A stretch of DNA of 64,000 nt from Pseudomonadota bacterium (GTDB lineage: Bacteria; Desulfobacterota; Binatia; Binatales; Binataceae). Below the pieces are notes generated by a model. The model was not told the DNA's origin and did no database searches. It worked only from the letters and a program-made list of their open reading frames with translations. This document shows positions 40,165 to 49,804 of this stretch, piece by piece. The position numbers and the translations under genes are program-made. Where the stretch lies: contig JAJPJA010000159.1 in the NCBI GenBank assembly GCA_021324455.1, positions 39,239 through 103,238 on the forward strand, read 5' to 3'. Position 1 is the stretch's first letter. Each line of letters opens with the position of its first letter.

Positions 40165-41280
40165 ATGCCCAAGCAGAAGGTTCTGATCGCGGGCGCCTCC
40201 GGGCTGGTCGGCCATGCCGCCCTGCGCCTGTTCTCGCAGTTGGAGGACTGGGAGGTGGCGGCGGTATCGCGGCGCAAGCCGTTCGCGATCGATGGCTATC
40301 GCGCGCGCTTCATTCCGGTCGACCTGCTCGATCGGCAGCAATGCGCCGAGGTGTTCGGCCAGATGTCCGACGTGACCCATCTGGTTTACGCCGCGGTCAA
40401 TGAAAAGGCCGGCGACCTGATCAAGGGATGGCGCGACCGCGATCAGATGCGCAAGAACCTCGACATGATGCGCAATCTGTTCGAACCGCTTACGGCGGCG
40501 GCGCGGAATCTGCGGCAGGTCTCCTTCCTCCAGGGGACCAAGGCCTACGGCGTGCATCTGCGCGGCAACCGCATCCCGATGCCGTATCGGGAACGCTACC
40601 AGCGCCATCCGCACGACAACTTCTACTGGCTGCAGGAGGATTACATCCGCGGCAAACAGGCCGGGCAGAAATGGCATTGGACGGTATTCCGGCCGCAGTT
40701 GGTGATCGGGGAGGCGATCGGCAGCAACCTGAACATGGTCGCGGCGATTGGCGTGTACGCCGCCATCCGGCGCGAGGCGGGCCAACCGTTGTCATATCCG
40801 GGCGGTCCGCGGCTGGTCACGGAAATGGTGGACGTGGACCTGATCGCGCGCGCGCTGCATTGGGCCGCTTCCGCTCCCGCCGCCCGCAACGAGATCTTCA
40901 ACATCACCAACGGCGACGTATGCATCTGGCACGACGTATGGCCCGCGATTGCCGAAACGCTCGGGATGGATCCGGGGCAGCCGCAGCCCTGTTCGCTGGA
41001 GCACGAGATGCCCAGACATGCGGCGCAGTGGGCGGAGATCGTGCGCAAGTATAACCTGACCTCGCCGGCCGACATGCACGCCTTTGTCGGGGAATCGTTT
41101 GCGCTGACCGACGGCGCGTTTTTCTACGGCGGCAGCACGGAAGGCAGCGGTTTGCGCGCGACGCTGGTCAGCACGATCAAACTGCGCCAGGCCGGCTTCC
41201 ACGACTGCATCGACACCGAGGACATGTTCCGCAAATGGTTCAGGCGCTACCAGGAATTGCGCTGGATTCCGCCGGTATAA
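40165..41280 (+). CDS. PRISE-like (progesterone 5-beta-reductase/iridoid synthase-like) atypical SDR
   Basis: GASGLVG, QGTKAYG, NFYWLQED, FNITNGD, STIKLRQAGF. Confidence 0.82.
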   Translation: MPKQKVLIAGASGLVGHAALRLFSQLEDWEVAAVSRRKPFAIDGYRARFIPVDLLDRQQCAEVFGQMSDVTHLVYAAVNEKAGDLIKGWRDRDQMRKNLDMMRNLFEPLTAAARNLRQVSFLQGTKAYGVHLRGNRIPMPYRERYQRHPHDNFYWLQEDYIRGKQAGQKWHWTVFRPQLVIGEAIGSNLNMVAAIGVYAAIRREAGQPLSYPGGPRLVTEMVDVDLIARALHWAASAPAARNEIFNITNGDVCIWHDVWPAIAETLGMDPGQPQPCSLEHEMPRHAAQWAEIVRKYNLTSPADMHAFVGESFALTDGAFFYGGSTEGSGLRATLVSTIKLRQAGFHDCIDTEDMFRKWFRRYQELRWIPPV

Positions 41281-41458
41281 AGCTTCAATCCGGCGTTTCG
41301 CGCTCGGGCTCCGCGCCGGATTGGTCATGCCGGGCCATTATGCTGGCGGTTGGACCGGACGAAGCGAAACAAACCGGGCCATTCAGACTCGGCCGGTTCT
41401 GAGCGGTTCGGCACGCTTTTCAACGAACGTTTCGCGTCAGGAACCTGATCGATGGTCC

Positions 41459-42181
41459 TCAGCCTGTTGGTTGTTCAGCGAGTTCGACGATTGCGCGGGC
41501 GCATTCCACCGGTTTGGTGAACATCACGCCGTGGCCGCTTTTGATGGAGCGGATGGTCGGGCTGCGCAGGCGATCGGTGAACAGCGGATGGAAGCGCAGC
41601 GGATCAATCGCGATGTCATCTTCCAGAACAATCACGCTGGTGGGCAGGTCGAGGGTTTCGAACTCCTTCATCGGGACCGGTTCCGACAGCACTGCCATCT
41701 GGTCGGGCACGATCGCCGCCATCACGAAATCCTGCAGATCGCGCGGGGCGTCGTTGAGTTGCTGTTTGCGGAACCGATCCGCCATCGACTCGCGCGCCAT
41801 TTTGAACCGTTCTCCCGCGCGCAGGCCGCCGCCGCGAAACACTTCCATCGGCGACTCGCCATCGCGCATTATCAGGGCGGATACAAAGATCAGCCGCTTG
41901 ATCCGATGCGGCATTCTCACCGCGACGCCCGGCATGATGATTCCGGCCATGCTGTGGCCCACCATCACGACGTCGCGCAGATCCCTTTCCTCTATATAGC
42001 GCGCGACCGCGTCGACATGGACCGCCAGCGTGATCCTGTCGAGGTCGTAGGGCGTCTCGCCGCGGCCGGGCAGATCGACGGCCATCGCTTGATGCCCCAT
42101 TTTTTGCAGTTGCGCAATCACGGCGGCCCAACTCCATGCGCCGAGACTTCCTCCATGAACCAGCACGAAAGTTTCCGCCAC
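41459..42181 (-). CDS. Alpha/beta hydrolase (methylesterase-like)
   Basis: FVLVHG, DLPGRG, GHSMAG nucleophile, SGH; GGAGG before GTG 42181. Confidence 0.88.
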   Translation of the reverse strand: MAETFVLVHGGSLGAWSWAAVIAQLQKMGHQAMAVDLPGRGETPYDLDRITLAVHVDAVARYIEERDLRDVVMVGHSMAGIIMPGVAVRMPHRIKRLIFVSALIMRDGESPMEVFRGGGLRAGERFKMARESMADRFRKQQLNDAPRDLQDFVMAAIVPDQMAVLSEPVPMKEFETLDLPTSVIVLEDDIAIDPLRFHPLFTDRLRSPTIRSIKSGHGVMFTKPVECARAIVELAEQPTG

Positions 42182-42292
42182 GCTTGTCCTCCCGACTGCG
42201 GATAGCGGATTTTGTACCATTGTATCCGCCGCTTCAGCCAGCGTTTCGCGCCGGGACTTGAGCTTTTCAAGCGGTTGGATATTGATCGGCTT

Positions 42293-43321
42293 ATGAAAAT
42301 CGCCTCGGCTTTGACGCTTAACGATCATCACAAGGCGCTGATCAGGGCCGTATGCCCGGATGCGGAAATCGTCTGTCCCGCCGAACGCCTGCGCAATCCG
42401 GTGGTGTGGGATTCGGAGGTGCTCGATCCGTTGATCAAGGATGCCGACGTGTTCATGGGCCATCGCGCGCGTCCGGCGTTGACGGAGTTCGCGCCGCGGC
42501 TGCGATGGATCCAGTTTCTCGGCGCCGGCATCGACCATCTCAAGATTACCGATCTGCTGGCCCAGGACCGCATCATCCTGACCAATGCCAGCGGCGTTTC
42601 AGCCACCTGGATAGCGGAGTACGTGGTGGGCTCGATGCTTCTGTTCACGCATCGATTTCACGTCACGATGGCGGCGCAGAAACGGCACGAATGGATCGGC
42701 TTCTCGTCGTTCATGGCCGCGGTGGAGGGGCTGCGCGGCAAAACCGTGGGTATATTGGGCTACGGTTCGATCGGGCGCGAGACGGCGCGCCTGTGCCAGG
42801 CGCATCACATGGAAGTGCTGGCGCTCAAGCGCAACCCCGGCAATCGCAGGGACACGAGCTGGATTCGCCCGGGCGTGGGCGATCCGGAGGGATCAATTCC
42901 GCGCCGATGGTTCGGGCCGGATCAGCGCGCGGCGCTGCTGGCACAGAGCGATTACGTCGTGGTCAGTCTGCCGCTGACGCCCGACACCCGCCATTTTCTG
43001 GGCCGCCGCGAGTTCGACGCGATCAAGCGCGGCGCCTATCTGGTCAACGTCGGGCGCGGCCCGATCATCGATCAGAACGCGATGATCGAGGCGCTCAAGG
43101 ATGGACGCCTGGCGGGCGCGGGACTGGACGTGACCGACCCCGAGCCGCTCAATCCGGAAAGCGAACTGTGGGACATGGAGAACGTGATCCTGACGCCGCA
43201 CAGTTCAGGCGCACGCAAGACCTACTATGACGTTGGCTGCGAGCTGTTCGCCGAGAACCTGCGCAGGTTTCTGAACGGGCAGGAGTTAATCAACCAGATC
43301 GACCGCACGCACTGCTACTGA
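42293..43321 (+). CDS. D-2-hydroxyacid dehydrogenase
   Basis: GAGID, GYGSIG, NVGRG, LDVTDPEPL, TPH. Confidence 0.92.
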   Translation: MKIASALTLNDHHKALIRAVCPDAEIVCPAERLRNPVVWDSEVLDPLIKDADVFMGHRARPALTEFAPRLRWIQFLGAGIDHLKITDLLAQDRIILTNASGVSATWIAEYVVGSMLLFTHRFHVTMAAQKRHEWIGFSSFMAAVEGLRGKTVGILGYGSIGRETARLCQAHHMEVLALKRNPGNRRDTSWIRPGVGDPEGSIPRRWFGPDQRAALLAQSDYVVVSLPLTPDTRHFLGRREFDAIKRGAYLVNVGRGPIIDQNAMIEALKDGRLAGAGLDVTDPEPLNPESELWDMENVILTPHSSGARKTYYDVGCELFAENLRRFLNGQELINQIDRTHCY

Positions 43322-43396
43322 TTTTTTCAACCGCGGCGCTGGTGTTGCGGGCGGGCGCGGCGCCCGCCCCAGAACAGTTCGGGTTTGGCTGCGGTC

Positions 43397-44266
43397 TCAG
43401 ATCTCCAGCATCCTGCGCGCGTCCTGCGGCGTCGCCACTTCATGTCCCATTGACTTGACTATCTGCACGGCGCGCTCGACTATCTGCGGATTACTCAGTT
43501 TGCCTTCTTTGCTATACTGATAATCCTCCAGCCCCAGCCGGATATGTCCGCCCATGGCGACCGCGACCGGCGCGATGCGCAGCACGTCGCCGCCGAAGCA
43601 TGAGGCGAACCAGTACGCGCGCACGCCCTTGAGCATCTGGTTGTAGGCCTGGATGCTCTCGACCGTCGGCGGCAGGCCGAACGGCTGCTCGGGTCCGCCG
43701 AAGTAGTATTTGAGCAGGAGCGGCTCCTCCAGCAGGCCCTGCTCCAGGAAGATCAACGACGTGCGCAGGAAGGTGGCGTCGAAGATTTGCAGGGTCGGCC
43801 GCTTGAGCCCGCATTCGCGCATCAGCTTGAGCGTATCGCGCAGCGTGTCGAAAGAGTTCTGATAGGTGCCGCCCTTGAGCGTCTTTTTTTCCGCGTTCCA
43901 CACCGCCAGATTGACTGACCCCATGTCGGCCGCGCCCAAATCGGGTTTGGTGGCGGGATCTTTGGACAACTCCACGAAATGGCTGTAGCGGACGCTGGCG
44001 TCCTTGCCGCCGGGAAAAGTCGGCCACATCAGCGGAGCGCCGGCGCCCATCGCGGACCGCACCCGCCTGTACACTTCGGAGTAATAGGGCACGTCCTGAC
44101 ACCATTCGCCGTCGGGCTTGCGGACATGAAAATGAATCAGCGCGGCGCCAGCCCTGGAGGTCGCGACCGCGTCGTTGGCGATCTCTTCCGGCGTATAGCC
44201 AATATGAGGATTGGCGTCCTTCATCGCGATTCCGTTGATCGCGGACTCGATCATTATTTTCGCCAT
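43397..44266 (-). CDS. Beta-keto acid cleavage enzyme (BKACE/DUF849)
   Basis: TPEEIA, AGAALIHFHVR, GGHIRLGLED, ATPQDARRML. Confidence 0.9.
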   Translation of the reverse strand: MAKIMIESAINGIAMKDANPHIGYTPEEIANDAVATSRAGAALIHFHVRKPDGEWCQDVPYYSEVYRRVRSAMGAGAPLMWPTFPGGKDASVRYSHFVELSKDPATKPDLGAADMGSVNLAVWNAEKKTLKGGTYQNSFDTLRDTLKLMRECGLKRPTLQIFDATFLRTSLIFLEQGLLEEPLLLKYYFGGPEQPFGLPPTVESIQAYNQMLKGVRAYWFASCFGGDVLRIAPVAVAMGGHIRLGLEDYQYSKEGKLSNPQIVERAVQIVKSMGHEVATPQDARRMLEI

Positions 44267-44445
44267 GGTGAGCCTCCGCAGAGCTGCTATTGCGGTTTGG
44301 CTAGCAAAGCAGCGCGGGAACATCAAGGCGCGCCCGCTTTTGGGCAAGCTTCACGGCCGCTTGATTATTGGCAGGCAAAGGGTTACGCGATGTTTCCGAA
44401 ATCGCCGCCGCAATCGCGTGCGGCCTGGAACAAAGGAGAACGCAA

Positions 44446-45198
44446 ATGGCGGGACGGCTGGCCGGCAAAGTTGCCCTGATTACAGGCGGAGCCGCGGGAA
44501 TGGGCGCCGCGTTCGTTCGCGTATTCGCCTCCGAAGGCGCCAAAGTCGCCGCCGCCGATATCCAGGACGACCTGGGACTGAAGGTGGCCGAAGAGGTCAA
44601 CCGCGCCGGCGGCGAGGCGATTTATCTGCATCTCAACGTCGCCGAACAGCGCGACTGGACCGCCGCCGTCGCGCAGACGGTAAGGCGTTTCGGCAAATTG
44701 ACCACGTTATGCAACGTCGCCGGGATCTACCGCACCGAAGGCACCGAGACCGAGACCATCGAGGGATGGCAGCAGCTTATCGCCATCAACCAGACCGGCG
44801 TATGGTTCGGGATGAGAACGGCGATTCCGGAAATGAAGAAGGCCGGGGGCGGCGCGATCGTCAACATCTCGTCGGTGGCCGCGCTTTCCGCGCGCCCGAT
44901 GGCGGTTGCCTATCACGCGGCCAAAGCCGCCGTCCACCTGATGAGTAAGGTGGCAGCGCTGGAATATGCGCGCGACGGCATCCGCGTCAACTCGATTCAT
45001 CCCGGATTCACCATGACCTCCACGGCGTCGGCGCTGCCCGAGGAGATGAAGAAAGCGCTGGCGGATCCGGTGCCGATGGGCCGCGCGGCGGCGCCTGAAG
45101 AGATCGCGTATGGGGCGCTGTATCTATGCTCCGATGAGGCCGCGATCGTCACCGGCACCGAGCTGGTGATCGACGGGGGATTGTCGGCGCGGCATTAA
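44446..45198 (+). CDS. SDR oxidoreductase
   Basis: TGGAAGMG, YHAAK, VNSIHPG; AAGGAG SD. Confidence 0.92.
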   Translation: MAGRLAGKVALITGGAAGMGAAFVRVFASEGAKVAAADIQDDLGLKVAEEVNRAGGEAIYLHLNVAEQRDWTAAVAQTVRRFGKLTTLCNVAGIYRTEGTETETIEGWQQLIAINQTGVWFGMRTAIPEMKKAGGGAIVNISSVAALSARPMAVAYHAAKAAVHLMSKVAALEYARDGIRVNSIHPGFTMTSTASALPEEMKKALADPVPMGRAAAPEEIAYGALYLCSDEAAIVTGTELVIDGGLSARH

Positions 45199-45574
45199 CC
45201 TGCCCGCGTGCGGGATTCTCAAAGCACGCGCTGATCCCATAAGGCAAGGCGGCCGAAACCAGCGGTTATCGGCGCGATCGTCAGGGAGCTGAGGGCGCAG
45301 CTCCTTGCACCGCGCCGGCGCATCGGTCAATTCGCATCCGCAAATCGATGTTCGATGCTCGAACGACTTTCTTGCGCATCATTGTATTTTTTATTAATTT
45401 TAGACGACTTGAGTTGTACATGCTGAATAAAAGGCGCCTGTAGCCGGCGCGTCCTTATTCAGCGCGAACATTTTTTCCGCAGGCCGACGGGCCGATCACC
45501 TGTTTAGCCGAAGCGTCCCGTCTGCACAGGACTTCACGGATTTGGCAATGTAATCGATGCTTTAGGAGATATTT

Positions 45575-47488
45575 ATGAATGTAATGTTTAAAAATCGATC
45601 CTGGCGCGAAAAAGCATCCGGGTTGGCCGCGATCGCCGGTTTGGTGATCATGCTCGCGGGAAATTGGGGTTACGCGGGCGCGCCGCCTAACAATGACTCC
45701 AGCGACAGTGGCAACACGGCCGGCGGCACCGGCGCTCTTTCGAGCAACACCAGCGGTTTCAACAACAGCGCCTGGGGCGAGAACGCGCTCAATGTCAACA
45801 GCACCGGCTTCGACAATGCGGCGATCGGACTTAACGCGCTGGAAGAAAATACCAGCGGATTCGAGAACACCGCGGCCGGGGTGGGGGCGCTGGCCAACAA
45901 CACCACCGGGGCCAACAGCGTCGCAATCGGCTTCCAGGCGATGCTGGAGAACACCACCGGCGGCTCATGCACCGCGGTGGGAGAGAACGCTCTGGAAAAC
46001 AACACCACCGGCTTTAAGAATACCGCGGTTGGAATCAATGCGTTGGCCAGCAATACCACCGGCAGCTTCAATACCGCGGTGGGCGACGCGGCACTGTTCA
46101 GCGCCACCACCGGCAGCGGAAGCACCGCGGTCGGCGACGGAGCATTGTTCCACAATACCTCGGGCGGAGCAGTCACCGCGGTCGGGGCCAACGCGCTTCA
46201 GAATAACACCACCGGAAACAACAACAGCGCGCTGGGATTCAATGCGCTGCTGTCAAATACAACGGGGTTCAACAACAGCGCGGTGGGCTTCGAGGCGCTC
46301 AAGCACAACACCACAGGCACCAGCAACACCGGCACGGGAGAGAACGCGCTTAGAGAAAACATCACGGGCAACAGCAACACGGCCACCGGTTCCAACGCTT
46401 TGGTGTTCAACACCAGCGGCTCCAGCAACACCGCGACCGGGATCAACGCGCTGCGGAACAACAATGCGGACAACAATACCGCAACCGGATTGAACGCAAT
46501 GTTCAGCAACAAAAACGGCACGCAGAACACCGCCAACGGCGTCGGCGCGCTGCAGAACAACACCTCGGGTTCGTTCAATACCGCGGTCGGGCTTGGTGCG
46601 CTGAGAAGCAATCTGGGAGGCAACAATAACACCGCTACCGGCATCAACGCGCTGCTGTCCACCACCGTGTCGAATAATACCGCCAACGGCGCCAACGCGT
46701 TGATTCTCGACACCACCGGGACTCAGAACACGGCCAGCGGAATGAACTCGCTGTTTAACAACAGCACCGGCAGCAACAACACCGCGGTCGGATATATCGC
46801 GCTGCAGAACAACACCACCGGCAGCAACAATACCGCTTTGGGATTCGCCGCCCTCAGGGCGAACACCAGCGGTTCCCGCAATGTCGGACTCGGGCTTTTC
46901 GGCGGATCCAACCTTACTACCGGCAACGACAACATCGACATCATCAACGCGGGGGTAGCCGGAGAGTCGGCCCGTATCAGGATCGGTCAGCAGGGCGTGC
47001 AGACGGCGGCCTTTATCGCCGGGATCAGCGGCACTGCGGTGAGCGGCGACGCCGTGGTGGTGAGCGGCTCCGGTCAACTGGGAATCGTGGTATCTTCGGC
47101 GCGCTACAAGAGCGACATCAAAAGCATGGGCGACCGCAGCCACGGACTGCTGAAACTGCGGCCGGTGACTTTTCGCTACAAGGACGACCCCCATGGCGAG
47201 CGACATTACGGCCTGATCGCGGAAGAGGTCGCGCGCGTTTATCCCGACCTGGTCGGTGACGCTCCGGACGGCAGGGTCCAGTCGGTTCATTATCACGAGC
47301 TGGTGCCCCTGCTGCTCAACGAGCTGCAGAAACGGACCATCGAAGTCAACCAGCTTTCGGCCGAGATGGCCGAACTCAAGGCCAGGCTGGCGGCGCTGGA
47401 ACATACCGTCAAGGCGCAGTCGAACCGCACTTTGGCTTCGGCCGCCGGGACAGCAAGGTTGCGCGATGCTCCGAGCGAGGGACGGTAA
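45575..47488 (+). CDS. Secreted repeat (beta-helix-like) fibre protein with C-terminal S74 intramolecular chaperone
   Basis: Signal peptide, 17-aa repeats, then SSARYK...LRPVTFRYK...GLIAEEV...Y-EL-PLLLNELQ and a coiled coil; AGGAG SD. Confidence 0.85.
   Translation: MNVMFKNRSWREKASGLAAIAGLVIMLAGNWGYAGAPPNNDSSDSGNTAGGTGALSSNTSGFNNSAWGENALNVNSTGFDNAAIGLNALEENTSGFENTAAGVGALANNTTGANSVAIGFQAMLENTTGGSCTAVGENALENNTTGFKNTAVGINALASNTTGSFNTAVGDAALFSATTGSGSTAVGDGALFHNTSGGAVTAVGANALQNNTTGNNNSALGFNALLSNTTGFNNSAVGFEALKHNTTGTSNTGTGENALRENITGNSNTATGSNALVFNTSGSSNTATGINALRNNNADNNTATGLNAMFSNKNGTQNTANGVGALQNNTSGSFNTAVGLGALRSNLGGNNNTATGINALLSTTVSNNTANGANALILDTTGTQNTASGMNSLFNNSTGSNNTAVGYIALQNNTTGSNNTALGFAALRANTSGSRNVGLGLFGGSNLTTGNDNIDIINAGVAGESARIRIGQQGVQTAAFIAGISGTAVSGDAVVVSGSGQLGIVVSSARYKSDIKSMGDRSHGLLKLRPVTFRYKDDPHGERHYGLIAEEVARVYPDLVGDAPDGRVQSVHYHELVPLLLNELQKRTIEVNQLSAEMAELKARLAALEHTVKAQSNRTLASAAGTARLRDAPSEGR
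45707..46920 (+). repeat. Intragenic tandem repeat, about 24 degenerate units of 51 nt (17 aa)
   Basis: Consensus TGxxNTAvGxxALxxNT read from the translation. Confidence 0.85.
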
Positions 47489-47850
47489 GATGCGTTGACA
47501 GCGGCGTAAACGCGTTGGCAGCGGGATCGTAAATCACCGCGGAGTCCAAAAAACCGCCCTTTCCGTCCTCGCCTCCGGCGACCAGTACGCGCCCATCGTT
47601 CAAAAGCTTGGCGGTTTCATTTCTGGTCGGGCCGGGCATCTCGTTCGCGGCGGCGGCAAAGGTACGGCCAGAGTTGTGCCGCTCATGTCATCACCGCCGA
47701 CGATCAGCACTTTGCCTGAAGCCAGCAGGGTCATGGCGTAGGCCGCGCGTCCCAACGCCGTCATCTGGCCCGGCGTCAGCGCGATGCTGGGCGGGGTCGG
47801 CGTCGCAGTCGGGGTCAAGCAGGCGTTGGGCTGCCAGTCGGAGTGCAGTG
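47445..47850 (-). pseudogene. Frameshifted remnant of a Kelch/galactose-oxidase repeat protein with a Pro/Thr linker
   Basis: TPTATPTPP, MTLLASGKVLIVGG (one frame); AKLLNDGRVLVAGG...AVIYDP...PRSEHRATLL (another frame); no intact start or end. Confidence 0.7.
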
Positions 47851-47918
47851 GCGGCCGGGATCGTGATTCAGCGCGGCGCTGACTACAAATGCGAACTATA
47901 GTTTGCTGCGCAATGGTA

Positions 47919-49604
47919 TTACGCCCCGCCGCGCAGGACGCGTCCCGGCATCGGACGCTCCGGATCGATCGTATCCCTGCGCTGCTCGCGGATGACCACG
48001 CCGCCTACCATCACCATCTCGATACCCGAGGGCTCGGAGATCAGCCGGTCGGCGCCGCCGGGCAGATCGTTGACCCGGCGCAGCGGACCCGCGCCCACGG
48101 TCTGCGGATCGAACAGCACCAGGTCGGCCGGCGCCCCCACCGCGATACGTCCGCGGTCGCGCAGGCCGTAAACCTCGGCCGGCCGCGCCGACATCATCCG
48201 CACCGCCTGCGGCAGCGTGAGCGCTCCCTTCTCGCGCACCCAATGACCCAGCACGTAGGTGTAAGCGCACGCGTCGCACAGCTGGCTGGCGTGCGCGCCG
48301 GCGTCGGTCAGACCAAGCATCGCGTCCGGCTGATTGAGCAACTGCGCGACCTTGTCCTCGTCGTCGTTCATTATCGTGATACTGAACAGCGCGGTCAGCC
48401 GCGACGCGATCGACAGGTCCAGCATGAGATCGACCGGATGCATGCGGCGCTCGCGGCTTACTTCCGCCACCGTGCGCTGCTCGATTTGCGGCTCGGTCGG
48501 GCACGAGGAGATCCAGATTCGATCCGGGTCAAGCGCGCGGTTGATGGCGGCTTTGGGACCGTCAACCAGTTCCTTGTAAGCGCGGCGGAACTGCGGGTCG
48601 GCGTAAACCCGCATCTTGCCCTCGACCTCCAAAGCCTCGGATACGGGTTTGAAGATGCGGATATTTTCCAGCGGGAACGGCTCGCGGAAATTGAATTCCA
48701 TCGCCAGCGGACGCGCGGAGAACTGCGGCACCAGCGATACGCCTTCGCCATCCAGCTTGCGCATCCGCTCCAGATGCCCCAGCATCCTGGTCCACTCTTC
48801 GCGACCGGCCAGGAACGAGAAGCTGATTGGACGCCCGTTGCCGCGCGCGATCTGCTCGTATTCGTCGTAGGAAAGACCCTGGCCGGTGGCGACTTCCACC
48901 GTTCCCCGGCCGCTCTCTCCCAACACCGAGGTCAGCGCCGTGATTTCCTCTATCGTGGCGAGACGGCTCGGCACCGGACGCCCCATGTAGCCGATGTGCG
49001 CGAAACCCTTGGAGGTGGCGAAGCCGGCCGCGCCGACCGCCATCGCCTCGCGCACCAGCGCCTGCATCGATCTGATTTCGTCCTCAGTCGCGGCGCGCTC
49101 GTACGCGTCCTCGCCCATCACGTACATGCGGATGGCGGTATGCCCGATTAGGGCCGCGACGTTGATTCCAACGCCGCGCCGCTCAATCGCGTCGAGGTAC
49201 TGCGGAAACGTCTGGAACGGCCATTCGTAGCCCAGCCCCGCCTCCAGCGCCGCCAGGCTCATCCCCTCGACCTTCTCCAGCGTACGCATGATCTGACCGC
49301 GATGCTCGGGGCGGGTGGGCGCCACGCCAAAGCCGCAGTTGCCCATCACCACCGTGGTGACGCCGTGCCACGGCGATACCGTCAGCATGCGATCCCACAT
49401 CACCTGGGCGTCGTAATGCGTATGGATATCGACAAAGCCGGGGGCGACGATCAGGCCGGCGGCGTCGATGGTGCGCCGCGCGGTGCCGGGCGCGCCGCCC
49501 ACCGCGACCATGCGGCCGTTTTTGATTGCGACCGCGCCGCGCACGGCGGCGCGCCCGCTGCCGTCGAGGATTAAGCCGCCGTCGATTTTTACGTCGTAAT
49601 CCAT
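47919..49604 (-). CDS. N-acyl-D-amino-acid deacylase-like amidohydrolase
   Basis: PGFVDIHTHYD, GNCG, TDAGAH; paralogue of 37558-39243. Confidence 0.9.
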   Translation of the reverse strand: MDYDVKIDGGLILDGSGRAAVRGAVAIKNGRMVAVGGAPGTARRTIDAAGLIVAPGFVDIHTHYDAQVMWDRMLTVSPWHGVTTVVMGNCGFGVAPTRPEHRGQIMRTLEKVEGMSLAALEAGLGYEWPFQTFPQYLDAIERRGVGINVAALIGHTAIRMYVMGEDAYERAATEDEIRSMQALVREAMAVGAAGFATSKGFAHIGYMGRPVPSRLATIEEITALTSVLGESGRGTVEVATGQGLSYDEYEQIARGNGRPISFSFLAGREEWTRMLGHLERMRKLDGEGVSLVPQFSARPLAMEFNFREPFPLENIRIFKPVSEALEVEGKMRVYADPQFRRAYKELVDGPKAAINRALDPDRIWISSCPTEPQIEQRTVAEVSRERRMHPVDLMLDLSIASRLTALFSITIMNDDEDKVAQLLNQPDAMLGLTDAGAHASQLCDACAYTYVLGHWVREKGALTLPQAVRMMSARPAEVYGLRDRGRIAVGAPADLVLFDPQTVGAGPLRRVNDLPGGADRLISEPSGIEMVMVGGVVIREQRRDTIDPERPMPGRVLRGGA

Positions 49605-49804
49605 GATGACCTCCCGCGGCGCCGGCGCCCGCACTTTTGCCAAGCCCAGATGACTGAATTTACACCGATCGACCGGCCGTAGTGCAAACCTTCGCGAACC
49701 GTCCCGCGAGCGCTGGTATTGTCGCGGCATTTTTGACAAACAGGGAAGAGCACCTTGCAGCGGGCGCATGCCCGTTGCTCGCTGATTCGCCGAAAGACCA
49801 GATC

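Noticed and set aside
45707..46920. Periodic ~51-nt repeats resembling a CRISPR array or DGR repeats
   Set aside because: Degenerate in-frame coding repeats with no constant repeat/unique spacer structure; no cas or reverse transcriptase gene nearby
45575..47488. Prophage suggested by a tail-fibre-like domain
   Set aside because: It has a signal peptide, and no integrase, capsid, terminase or other phage genes flank it
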